Below, piece by piece: positions 1 to 9,661 of a DNA stretch of 64,000 nt; the stretch's first letter is position 1; every line of letters starts with the position of its first letter. Source of the stretch: an uncultured virus (IMG/VR IMGVR_UViG_3300032167_000030) (lineage: Duplodnaviria; Heunggongvirae; Uroviricota; Caudoviricetes); the IMG/VR virus record IMGVR_UViG_3300032167_000030; one strand, 5' to 3'. Below the pieces are notes generated by a model. That model was not told the DNA's origin, ran no database searches, and saw only the letters and a list, made by a program, of their open reading frames with translations. Made by a program: the position numbers and the translations under genes.

Positions 1-2
1 AA

Positions 3-2468
3 TGTAAGGTTGATTTTAATGATCCTAAATTCTCTTTAGTAAGATTTAAGAAACTTTGTAACATTCTATATAAGATTTCTAATGGTATTACTCTAGATAA
101 GGATGAAGAAACTGAATTAATTGAAAGAGACGTTAATCAGGAAATAACTAATAGAATCAATAAAGAACTAAACATTGATTTTGGTAATGAAATAAAAGCT
201 AGTTCTTTAAAGCAGATTTCTAATACTGATCCTCATGTTGAAATAGCTAATCTTGTTAAAGAAAAGATAGTTAATGGATTAAGTCTAAACACTAAACTTT
301 CTCATAGTAGTAAGGATTTAGATTTAATGGATAAGATAGAAAAAACTATAAACGTTAAATCTAGTCTTTATGATAATGAAAATGACTTAGAGGATAGCTT
401 GAACAATGATAAAAAATTCTTACAGTATCTAATAGACTTAGGTGATAATCAAACTACTGTTTCTGAGAAAAAAGTAGAACAACTTAAGGAAAAACAGAAA
501 AAAGTAGACGTTTCTCTTAAGAAAGATGAAAAACCTGTTTCTATAGATAGTATTATAAAAGAACATTCAGTTCATAACATAGAATCTAAAAATATCAAGA
601 TAGATACATTGAATGATGAAGTCAAGAAATGTACTCTAAAAGATTTAGATAGAAACTATGTTAAAAATCAAAAGGATAGAGACTTGATAAAGGTTCTATC
701 TGCTTTTAATGATGACCCTGAATGTCCTATCTATGTTACTAACCTATCTAGAGAAGATATTTCTACTGAGTTAGATAAAAAAGAACTAATAAAGGTTACC
801 TATGAAGATGGTTGGGGTAATAAGCATTTAGTTAACATCCAAATGCCTATCATTTATGATAACTCATTCATGTATCTAAATGACCATAAGATTTCTATAG
901 GTAAGCAGTTAATGAAACTTCCTATAACTAAGAATAAGCCAAACGAAGTTTCTATTTCTACTGATAAGAACAAGATGTTCTTTTGGAGATTTAATCAGAA
1001 GCTATCTTCTAACTCTGATAAGCTAAAGAACTTTATTCTAAAAGATGCTCCTAATCATAAAGGAAGTATTAAAGTAAAGCTAGGTAATTGTGTTACTATC
1101 AATTCCAAGTATCAGACGATAATGGAATACGATGAGATTTCTAAGTATATGCTTAACTTTACTTTTAACGACAATGTTTTCTTTTCCTTTAATAGAGAGA
1201 CAGTTAATGCAGAAGTAGCAGAATTCTTAGATTATGCAGTAGATGATAGTATACCTGAAAATGAGTACTTATTAGGTGCTCTTAAAGGAAATTCAATGAT
1301 TTTTACTATCAATACTGAAACTGGATTAGTTAACTCTTATAAAGTAGTTTTAAATGAAGCAACTAGTATTGTTGAAACTTTAACTACTCGTAATTCTATC
1401 TTTGACCTATTCTTAGATATCTTTAAGATTCATGGATATGATGACCTTTATAAGAAACTTCTAACTCAAAAAACTTCTACTAAGTTCATGTATGTTAGAA
1501 CTAAAGTAGCTGGTACTATGATACCTTTGGCTATTTTAACAGGTTTCTATTTTGGTTTAGAGAACGTTATGATAAGATATGGTATAGAGTATGAACTTTC
1601 AGAAAAAAAGAAGCAAGTAGATGAAAGTGAACAATCTCTATGGTCATCTATAAGATTCAAAGATGGTTATCTGAACTATAAGTCTACACCTCTAAGAAAT
1701 AGTCTCTTTATGAATGGTATAAACGATATTCCATTCTTAAGAGAAGTAGAATTCTCTCAAATGAATTCTAAGGAAATCTATATTGAGTATTTCGATTTAC
1801 GTTATGGTAAACGAAATCTAGCAAAAGGTTTCCAAAATACTTTGAATTTCATACTAGATCCTAAGACTAAGGAAATTCTAGAGTATATGAAGCTACCTAG
1901 TGACTTACTAGGAGTTTTACTGTATTGCAATACTCTATTAGACAATAACAGTTATGTTAATGCTAATAGTATGGAAAACTATCGTTTACGTAGTATTGAA
2001 ACTGTTAATGCAACTTTATATGATGTACTGTCTGAAGCAGTAAGAGAATATAAAGATGCTTATAAATCTGGTTATAAAGATCGTAAAATTTCTTTACACA
2101 GTCCAGATGCTGTAATAAAGAAACTAGTAGAATCACCTATCGTTGAAGCATACTCAACTTTAAGTCCTGTATTAGAAATTGAAAGACTTGGTTCAACAAC
2201 TTATAAGGGTATTGGAGGTACGAACCTAGATGATGCCTTTACCCCTCAGATGAGATCTTATGATCAATCTATGGTTGGATTATTGGGTATCAGTTCCCCC
2301 GATAGTAATAAAGTTGGTGTTACTCGTCAGCTTTCCTATAGTCCTAAGATTACTAATAACTTAGGTTTTATTGATAATAATACTGATGTAAATGATTTAG
2401 CTGCAACTAACATGTTGACAGCTGGTGAACTATTATCATGTTATACTAGTTTACATGCCGATCCACCT
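3..2468 (+). CDS. Multisubunit RNA polymerase beta-like subunit, exon 1 (5'-partial; frame open from the window edge)
   Basis: Frame is open from position 3 into ORF 327..2498. Contains SPDSNKVG (cf. RpoB TPEGPNIG). Ends HADPP, which joins RIGMQTQQ in exon 2 (cf. RpoB DDANRALMGSNMQRQ). Confidence 0.85.
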
Positions 2469-2604
2469 AAAATAAATCTGGGCCTCAATTTTGTTTGAGG
2501 AAATCTCTTTAATTGCTGGAAAATATTAAGAAAGTATAATCAGCAGCTATAAAAATGTAAAAAAGAAGGGACATTTATACTGATCCCTTAACAGTATATT
2601 AAAA

Positions 2605-3798
2605 TTAAAGTTTATAAATTTTTAATGAATTTGCTTTGGCTCTAATATTCTTAGTGGACTTATGTGTTTTAAGTAATTCAGGAATATCAGGACCTTGTGT
2701 AGGATATTTTTCCTTAAGGATAGCTACTTCCTCATCGGTCCACGAACAATGAATTTTTACCTTATCTAAATTCAGTACTATTGCTTTATCCCTAATACTA
2801 TTAATAGTACGAGCCTTAAGTAATTCAGGAATATTAGATCCTTGTGTAGGATATTTTTCCTTAAGGATAGCTACTTCCTCCTCTGTCCAAGGATTTACTT
2901 TATTAGTTACATTATATTCAGTAGCCTTAATCTGAATTGCCTGATTAGTATGTGTCTTAAGTAATTCAGGAATATTAGATCCTTGTGTAGGATATTTTTC
3001 CTTAAGGATAGCTACTTCCTCCTCTGTCCAAGGATTAATTAATCTATTAATTAAACACAGATAATTTGACTTAGTTACAATTGACTGTCTAGTATGTGTC
3101 TTAAGTAATTCAGGAATATTAGATCCTTGTGTAGGATATTTTTCCTTAAGGATAGCTACTTCCTCCTCTGTCCAAGGATTACCTTTTTCTTCACTTAAAT
3201 TTAATCTAACTGCTTTATGTCGAATAGATGTTTTAGTTCGTTTCTTAAGTAATTCAGGAATATCAGGACCTTGTGTAGGATATTTTTCCTTAAGGATAGC
3301 TACTTCCTCCTCTGTCCAAGGATTAAGTTTTGGATTAATTTTAACTGGTTCGATTTTCCGTATTTTTAGTATACTTGCTTTACTACGAATTTTATCAGCA
3401 GTTCGTTTCTTAAGTAATTCAGGAATATTAGATCCTTGTGTAGGATATTTTTCCTTAAGGATAGCTACTTCCTCCTCTGTCCAAGGATTTTTTTCACTAG
3501 TTAAACCGAATTCAAATGCAGCACTATTAATAGCCATTTTAGTACGAGTCTTAAGTAATTCAGGAATATTAGATCCTTGTGTGGGATATTTTTCCTTAAG
3601 GATAGCTACTTCCTCCTCAGTCCAAGAACTACCTTTAGGTAAATTAACTAAATTTAGTTTATGAGCTTCAGCTTTAATAGCACAATTAGTATGTGTCTTA
3701 AGTAATTCAGGAATATTAGATCCTTGTGTAGGATATTTTTCCTTAAGGATAGCTACTTCCTCCTCTGTCCATAAATTAAATTTTCGTCCTTTGTTCAT
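2605..3798 (-). CDS. Intron-borne antisense Myb/SANT-like tandem-repeat protein (8 repeats)
   Basis: 8 x WT(E/D)EEVAILKEKYPTQG(SN/PD)IPELLK, each followed by a variable helix. SD GAAAGG upstream. No nuclease motif seen. Confidence 0.8.
   Translation of the reverse strand: MNKGRKFNLWTEEEVAILKEKYPTQGSNIPELLKTHTNCAIKAEAHKLNLVNLPKGSSWTEEEVAILKEKYPTQGSNIPELLKTRTKMAINSAAFEFGLTSEKNPWTEEEVAILKEKYPTQGSNIPELLKKRTADKIRSKASILKIRKIEPVKINPKLNPWTEEEVAILKEKYPTQGPDIPELLKKRTKTSIRHKAVRLNLSEEKGNPWTEEEVAILKEKYPTQGSNIPELLKTHTRQSIVTKSNYLCLINRLINPWTEEEVAILKEKYPTQGSNIPELLKTHTNQAIQIKATEYNVTNKVNPWTEEEVAILKEKYPTQGSNIPELLKARTINSIRDKAIVLNLDKVKIHCSWTDEEVAILKEKYPTQGPDIPELLKTHKSTKNIRAKANSLKIYKL
2669..3771. repeat. Eight ~75-78 bp near-identical direct repeats separated by divergent spacers of roughly 63-88 bp (coding)
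   Basis: TTAAGTAATTCAGGAATATTAGATCCTTGTGTAGGATATTTTTCCTTAAGGATAGCTACTTCCTCCTCTGTCCA near 2669, 2815, 2956, 3100, 3244, 3408, 3550 and 3697. Confidence 0.95.
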
Positions 3799-4031
3799 AA
3801 AACTTTACAACCTTTCTAAATTATAATTAAAATATACTATAAATATAATATATAATTAAAATTTTACACTTTACATTTTTATAGTTCAACGACTAATTAG
3901 TACATTCTAACTCTAGAATGGAAATAAGAGAAGATTCATAATAGAATCTTGATATAGTCTCCTCTCTATTTTATAATAGAGCAGTTGTTAAGACAACGCT
4001 TGTAGTTTTAAGTTCTACAAGGAAGATATTG

Positions 4032-4284
4032 AGAATCGGAATGCAAACGCAGCAAGCGAAACATATAGTTCCCACTGAAAAACAATCTAGAGCCTTATAT
4101 GGTTCTGGTATTGAACGTACACTACCTTATACACTATCATCTGACTTTGTATCAGTAGCAGAGCAAGATGGTGTAGTAGAAAAAGTAGATGAAAAGAATG
4201 AATTAGCAATAATTCGTTATAAAGATGGTACTTCTGATGTAATCGATATATCAGAACGTATTAGTAAAAACTCCAATGGTGGTT
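4032..4284 (+). CDS. RNAP beta-like subunit, exon 2
   Basis: RIGMQTQQAKH...SKNSNGG; the last T joins TT of exon 3 to give Phe. Confidence 0.88.
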
Positions 4285-4424
4285 GAAATTTGTATTGATC
4301 ACCTTTATAAATTTCCTTAATTGCTGGAACATACAAAAAATTGTATAATCAGCAGCTTATCTTAAAAATGTATTAAAAAAAAAGAGAGCCTAAAAAGACT
4401 CTCTCTTTGAATGTAGTAAAAGGA

Positions 4425-4562
4425 TTATTCATCCTTAAACATAAAGGGGTGAATTACTTTCTGAAAGAACTGACTTACAGCCAATCCAGCAGCATATGCA
4501 GTTGCAAAGAGAGAAGTAATATAAACGATTTCCTTAATGACTTTCTTGGTGTTGTTTTTCAT
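4425..4562 (-). CDS. Small (45 aa) putative membrane peptide, intron 2 cargo
   Basis: SD AAGGAG; MKNNTKKVIKEIVYITSLFATAYAAGLAVSQFFQKVIHPFMFKDE. Below the ORF-track cut-off. Confidence 0.6.
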   Translation of the reverse strand: MKNNTKKVIKEIVYITSLFATAYAAGLAVSQFFQKVIHPFMFKDE

Positions 4563-4595
4563 GATTAAAATCTCCTTTTCTTATTTATTTTTGGA

Positions 4596-4802
4596 TTAAA
4601 TAGGTTTATAGATATCAGAATTTAAAACATCATAGAGAATAGCAATAGTTTTTCCAATTTTTTCAGCGACATCTTTGTTTATATGAGGAAATGCAGGATA
4701 TGAGATATTACTTACTGCTTGCTCTAATTTATCAATTGCAGTTTCAATTAGATCAAAAAATCTTATATTCTCAGTAGTATCTCTAATAGTTGTATTCATC
4801 AT
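4596..4802 (-). CDS. Hypothetical protein, intron 2 cargo
   Basis: 68 aa ORF with SD AAGGAG. Confidence 0.7.
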   Translation of the reverse strand: MMNTTIRDTTENIRFFDLIETAIDKLEQAVSNISYPAFPHINKDVAEKIGKTIAILYDVLNSDIYKPI

Positions 4803-4823
4803 AGTGAAAATCTCCTTTTCTTT

Positions 4824-5363
4824 TTATGTATCTTGTGGTACAGCAGAAATGGCTTCATAACATCCTTTTACGTTATAATGAAATAAATCTTTATAAATAA
4901 TAGCGGATTCAAACCTAATTTCTCTAAGACTTCCAAACTTAGCAGTATGTAATTCAATGGCTTCTTGTTTTGCATCAAATTCTGTACAGCTAGATACGGT
5001 ACGATGAAAAATAGATTCTTTTCCAGTACACGCATCTTGATATTTCAGAGTTACATCATAAAGTTTTTCGGTTAATGCGTCTTTGAACATAGGAAATTCT
5101 TTTTCAAAATCCATAAAACCAAATGTATCGATGTAGTCTTCAATAGGATCTTCATCTGGGCAAAGAATTTCAGAAAATCTTACAAATAGTTTTGCATTAT
5201 CTTCGAAACATTTTATAGTCTTTTGATCGGGATTAGGATCATACGTGCCATTTGCTAACTTAATCATGTCTTGGTTAGAATAGATACTGGCACACATGGC
5301 TTCATAAAGAAGATAGACTTCTTGGGGAGTGAGTTCGATATTAAAAGTTTTATTAGTAGACAT
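4824..5363 (-). CDS. Hypothetical protein, intron 2 cargo
   Basis: ORF 4824..5405; SD AAGGAG favours a start at 5363 (MSTNK). Confidence 0.7.
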   Translation of the reverse strand: MSTNKTFNIELTPQEVYLLYEAMCASIYSNQDMIKLANGTYDPNPDQKTIKCFEDNAKLFVRFSEILCPDEDPIEDYIDTFGFMDFEKEFPMFKDALTEKLYDVTLKYQDACTGKESIFHRTVSSCTEFDAKQEAIELHTAKFGSLREIRFESAIIYKDLFHYNVKGCYEAISAVPQDT

Positions 5364-5438
5364 AATATGTAAATTCTCCTTTATTATAAAAACTAAAAGA
5401 GACATTTATAGTGATCTCTTAACACTCTGCTAGATTTG

Positions 5439-5795
5439 TTATCTACGCTTCATCTGATCAAAGAAATCTCTAAAAACTTGGCTATTATTTCCATCTTCAT
5501 AGATTTCCAGATCAATGTGATGTCTCTGACAGATTCTTTTGAAAGTATCAGATTTAAAGAAAGCCTTATCTCTACAATCCAGTTCATAATGATTGTAGAA
5601 ACGTCCATCTCTAGTTTCGTAGGTATCGGTAGCACCGCCCCACATACAGATTTCTTTGAAAAGGTCATTGATGAATCTGTCTGTAGTGGATACATAAGCA
5701 CGATAACCATATCCAGTGCTTAAGCAACTGAAACCTTGTTTAGTCGGATTACCAATAAGATTCATGAAGATATGACCATTTTTAGTGTTGTTCAT
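5439..5795 (-). CDS. Hypothetical protein, intron 2 cargo
   Basis: 118 aa ORF with SD GAGGAG. Confidence 0.7.
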   Translation of the reverse strand: MNNTKNGHIFMNLIGNPTKQGFSCLSTGYGYRAYVSTTDRFINDLFKEICMWGGATDTYETRDGRFYNHYELDCRDKAFFKSDTFKRICQRHHIDLEIYEDGNNSQVFRDFFDQMKRR

Positions 5796-5816
5796 TATCT
5801 AGTCTCCTCTTTGTAA

Positions 5817-6263
5817 TTAAAAAATCTCACTTTGAATGTAATCATTATAAGCATCTACTATTCTGTTTAAAGATGATGTACTGATTACATCATCATAGAT
5901 TACTGGATAGTAAAATTCTGTAAAGATTTCGTTTTTAAGATTACTATAGATACTTTCTTTGATTAGTTTATCTTTCAACTTTTTTGCATACTTAATTCTA
6001 CGTAGAGTAGTATCATTAAGAGGTTTATCTTTACAGAGATTATAGTTGATAAAGTTTCTAAGTAGTCTAATAGCTCCTGCTAGATTAAGTTTAATACTAT
6101 CTTCGTATGCTCCTAAACTTATTTTATCAATTTTTGTTACAGAGAATGATTCTACAACGTTAGGATATATCGATTTATCTATTACAAAGAAAATGATACG
6201 TTCTTTGTCGAGTTTATAAATTGCTCTTTCAAAATAGTAGAATTTATAAAATATACTTGTCAT
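5817..6263 (-). CDS. Hypothetical protein, first gene of intron 2 cargo
   Basis: 148 aa ORF, SD AAGGGAG, directly downstream of the promoter motif at 6298-6328. Confidence 0.7.
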   Translation of the reverse strand: MTSIFYKFYYFERAIYKLDKERIIFFVIDKSIYPNVVESFSVTKIDKISLGAYEDSIKLNLAGAIRLLRNFINYNLCKDKPLNDTTLRRIKYAKKLKDKLIKESIYSNLKNEIFTEFYYPVIYDDVISTSSLNRIVDAYNDYIQSEIF

Positions 6264-6297
6264 AAATAGTTCTCCCTTTTAGCTTTATTACACATTT

Positions 6298-6328
6298 ATA
6301 ATATATATTCATAAAATTTCAAATTACG
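6298..6328 (-). promoter_or_regulatory. Putative early promoter CG-N19-TATATATTAT (one of 9 copies)
   Basis: Same spacing at 3845(-, TG variant), 8466(-), 19323(-), 33548(+), 34461(+), 35492(+), 46081(-), 47745(-). Confidence 0.7.
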
Positions 6329-6464
6329 TATTTTTAAGATAAGTTCAACGACTATATTGCAGTCAAATGATTGTATAATAGGAAAGTACAATAAGATATA
6401 GTCTAATCTAAGTTGTAATAACTTAGTAGTTATAGAAGTAATGACTCTATACAAATACAAAATG

Positions 6465-7372
6465 TTTACATTTCCAATAAGAAAGATCTACTTTTCAAAG
6501 AAGGTCAAAAATTCAAAAAAGATGATATCTTAGCTAAAAACAGTAATTTCTTCTTAGGTAATAAACCTGATAGTATTACTTACACTCAAGGCTATCTAGC
6601 AAAAGTAGCTATTGCACAGGGCGATTATACTCTAGAAGACTCCTCTGTTATTACTGATGAGATTTCTGAAGGTATGTCTAGTTACATTACTATGGTATCT
6701 ACTGTAAATCTAACGCCTAATACTAACATTCTTTACATGGCAAAGAAACATCAGCATATCAAAGCTAGTGAATCTCTGATTACGTTTGAGCATACTTTTG
6801 AAGATGCTGCTGCTAATCAGATTCTAGATAGTTTAGATAACGATGATTTTGCTAGTTTCGTAGAAGAAATGGGTAAAGATAGTAAGAAGGCAAAATATTC
6901 AGGTGAGATTATAGATATCAAGGTTTACTATAATGTACCTAAAGAAATCTGTTCTGATTCTATACAGAAATTACTAAATGATTATGCTAAAGAAGTTAAC
7001 ACTAGAAAGAAGATAGTAGAACATACTGATAACAAATCTACTTTCTTCCCCAGAACTGAACAGATTAAAGATGAAAAGATTAAAGGTATAGATTTTGAAG
7101 GTATTGTAATCGAATTCTATGTAAAACATAGAGATAGATTAAAGACTGGCGACAAGGTTACTTATGGTACTGCAGTTAAGACTATCGTTAGTGACGTATT
7201 ACCTAAAGGAGAAGAACCTTTCTCTGAAAGATATCCTGATGAAAATATACTAGCAATCTATTCACCTATGAGTATTGTATCTCGTATGACTACAGATACT
7301 TATAACATGCTATATACGAATAAGCTCATAATTGAGATGAAACGTAAAATGAAAGAGATCTGGGAAGCCTAA
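6465..7372 (+). CDS. RNAP beta-like subunit, exon 3
   Basis: GDYTLEDS (cf. GYNFEDS), GDKVTYGTAVK (cf. GDKMAGRHGNK), SPMSIVSRM (cf. NPLGVPSRM). Confidence 0.88.
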
Positions 7373-7381
7373 TCTAACAAT

Positions 7382-7419
7382 TTTTATCCTAATACCTGAA
7401 ATATGGTATTAGGATAAAA
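7382..7419. terminator. Intrinsic terminator-like hairpin after RNAP gene
   Basis: TTTTATCCTAATACC...GGTATTAGGATAAAA inverted repeat. Confidence 0.6.
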
Positions 7420-7472
7420 CTTATAAAAAAAGAAGGGACATTTATAGTGATCCCTTAACACTTTTATTAAGA

Positions 7473-7760
7473 TTACTCTTCGCTAAATTCAATAAGTTCA
7501 GCATTATAGCAAAAAGCAACTCTATGAAGAATTTCATTAGTCCACATAGGATAAGAAATTTCCTTCTTTTCTATAAAAGGACGTCCATCTTGAATATGCT
7601 CAAAATAGCATTTACCAGCTTCATATGTAAAGAAATACTGATCGTCATCAAATTTATGATCAAATTTGATAGCAGAATATTGGTAAAAATTATGTATCAA
7701 CTGGTATTCAAGATTTTTTGCAGTTTCTATGTCTTCAATAGTGATGAGTTTATTAGCCAT
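7473..7760 (-). CDS. Hypothetical protein
   Basis: 95 aa ORF, SD GAAAGGA. Confidence 0.7.
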   Translation of the reverse strand: MANKLITIEDIETAKNLEYQLIHNFYQYSAIKFDHKFDDDQYFFTYEAGKCYFEHIQDGRPFIEKKEISYPMWTNEILHRVAFCYNAELIEFSEE

Positions 7761-7805
7761 TGTATGTTTCCTTTCTGGCTTAAAAGCCTGTGAGGATGTA
7801 TATTT

Positions 7806-8435
7806 CTAACTATTTACTAAACTAAATGTATAGATTAGACTATTTTCATTTTTAGATAAAGTAATATCATCTAGTTTAAAGAAGTTTATTGAAAGATCAT
7901 AACCTTTTTTATTAACTTCCCTAATAGTAGCTAATAAAGCACATTTAGTTAAGAATTTTTTATTTTTGATGATATTTTCTCTAAACTTATTGAAATCAGG
8001 TTTTTCATCATTATTCTTTTTCATGAAAAATTTTACCTTTATGAAATCAAAATCCTCTATTTTTTCTATTGTATTTTCAATATAAACCATAGGATATGAT
8101 ACAATTTCATTAAGTTTAGTTTTATGCATGAAAAATATTGGATCTTGTAAAGAAATTTTATAAATAATTTTTTTCAATTCATCTATATTCATACCATCTT
8201 TGATATTTTCTTTTATCAAATTTTTTAAATGATTAAGATTTGTTCTTTCAATAAACTCAGGTAAAAATTCTTTAATAAATCCTTCAAAGCTAATACGACT
8301 TTCAAAAGAACTAAAATAAAATCCTCCATATGGTTTACGTCGGTTATAATGATGAACAATAAAGGTATAAGTATCACAGTCGAAAGATATTGCTGAATAT
8401 GGACGTTCAGTAGTATATAAGTGAATAAAGTTCAT
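7806..8435 (-). CDS. Hypothetical protein
   Basis: 209 aa ORF, SD AAGGAG, promoter motif at 8466-8496. Confidence 0.75.
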   Translation of the reverse strand: MNFIHLYTTERPYSAISFDCDTYTFIVHHYNRRKPYGGFYFSSFESRISFEGFIKEFLPEFIERTNLNHLKNLIKENIKDGMNIDELKKIIYKISLQDPIFFMHKTKLNEIVSYPMVYIENTIEKIEDFDFIKVKFFMKKNNDEKPDFNKFRENIIKNKKFLTKCALLATIREVNKKGYDLSINFFKLDDITLSKNENSLIYTFSLVNS

Positions 8436-8545
8436 ATAGTCTTCTCCTTTTATTTTTCTATAGGTATAATATATACCTATAATTTTTCAAATTACGAATT
8501 TTTACTTTTCTTTTATTTATATATTCTTTTTATAGAATTTATTAT

Positions 8546-8788
8546 ATGAAAGGATATGAAATTATGTTTTACACAGATCCTCCATCAAGAAAGCAAATCA
8601 TAGCAATGGATTCTATTATTCGTTACTTACCTCATCTAAAAGAGGAAAGAAATAAATGTGATACTAGTTATAAAGCCAGTCAATTTATTTCTAAATATGG
8701 ATTTTCTTCTTATGAAGCTAGAGCTACAGAAAAAGGACATATGAATGTTAGAGATTTCCTAAAATCTAAAGGAATTAATGTAGAATAA
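8546..8788 (+). CDS. Hypothetical protein
   Basis: 80 aa ORF upstream of 8802 on the same strand. Confidence 0.5.
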   Translation: MKGYEIMFYTDPPSRKQIIAMDSIIRYLPHLKEERNKCDTSYKASQFISKYGFSSYEARATEKGHMNVRDFLKSKGINVE

Positions 8789-8801
8789 GGGAACTGAAAA
8801 T

Positions 8802-9500
8802 ATGGCAAATATTAAACAGAATGTTAAAATTCAATTAAGAAGAGATTCTAAAGAAAATTGGAATGATGTAAATCCAATTCTTAGAAATGGTGAATTAGTT
8901 ATAGTACAAGATAAAGATGATGAAGATAATACAATAGTTTCATTTAAAATGGGTGATGGTATAAATCCATATAAAAATCTTCCATTTATACCACTTTTAG
9001 AAGCAATTAATAGTGGTTATATATATTTTGGTAAACCAGTTCAAATCAATGGAAAAATTACATTAGCTATAGATGATGTAAAGGAAGATAATTCAAATAA
9101 ATCTAAAATTCTATCTAAGAAGCAAATATTTGATTTAAAGTTTAAGTATCTAGATATGATTCCTGAAGATGGTAGCGGTAAAAAAATAGAAAATTGGTGG
9201 GAGAATTCTATAGCTTGGATTAATGTATCTATGAATAAAAAGATTTCTTTAGAATTTGCTAGAGAATTTAAGAATAACTTAGTTTGGGAAACATTGTGCT
9301 ATTATAATACTCTATCTGAAGAAATTATGAGAGAGTTTAGTGATAAGATTAATTGGAAGACAATTTCTAGTAAACAGATGTTATCTGAGGGATTTATAAG
9401 GGAATTTAAAGATAAGTTAGATTGGAATTGTATTCCTTACTATCAGAAATTATCTGAAGAGTTTATAGAAGAAATGAAAAAAGAAGATTATATAAAGTAA
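8802..9500 (+). CDS. Fusion of tail-fibre N-terminal-like (Mtd_N/hyaluronidase-N) domain and Trp-repeat domain
   Basis: IQLRRD..ENW...NPILRNGE...KMGDG...Y..LP, then W..IS..Q.LSE.FI.EF.D.L.W repeats. Confidence 0.65.
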   Translation: MANIKQNVKIQLRRDSKENWNDVNPILRNGELVIVQDKDDEDNTIVSFKMGDGINPYKNLPFIPLLEAINSGYIYFGKPVQINGKITLAIDDVKEDNSNKSKILSKKQIFDLKFKYLDMIPEDGSGKKIENWWENSIAWINVSMNKKISLEFAREFKNNLVWETLCYYNTLSEEIMREFSDKINWKTISSKQMLSEGFIREFKDKLDWNCIPYYQKLSEEFIEEMKKEDYIK

Positions 9501-9661
9501 TAAAGAAACAAGAGGAATAAGGCTCTCACCTTATTCCTCTTTCTTATTCTTTAATTATGAAAAACAATAGATTAATAAATCTAATTTTAAATATTTTTTT
9601 TTTGTTTAGAATTAGTAAGACTTGGATTGATAATTTAAAAGAAAGTGAGTGAAATATAAAT

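Larger units (their letters stand above)
2469..4031 (+). mobile_element. Group I intron 1 (1563 nt) in RNAP beta gene
   Basis: P AATTGCTGGAAA 2511, Q AATCAGCAGC 2538, R GTTCAACGACTA 3884, S GATATAGTCT 3951. The 5' exon ends in U and the intron ends in G4031. Splicing restores HADPP|RIGMQ. Confidence 0.92.
4285..6464 (+). mobile_element. Group I intron 2 (2180 nt) in RNAP beta gene, with antisense five-gene cassette
   Basis: IGS GATCACC pairs with exon GGTGGTT, ending in a U-G pair. P 4319, Q 4347, R 6343, S 6393, terminal G6464. Splicing gives SNGG-F-YISNK in frame. Confidence 0.92.

Noticed and set aside
2566..2597. Small pseudoknot as a pistol ribozyme or preQ1 riboswitch
   Set aside because: It lacks the additional stems of pistol and the preQ1 loop consensus, and it sits at gene 3' ends.
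2669..3771. Repeat-spacer pattern resembling a CRISPR array
   Set aside because: Repeats are ~75 bp, all periods keep the reading frame of a 397 aa ORF, the spacers retain a protein motif, and no cas genes are in the window.
5436..5723. Plus-strand 95 aa ORF and overlapping 86 aa minus ORF in intron 2
   Set aside because: They overlap the SD-supported 5439..5795 gene and have no clear SD of their own.
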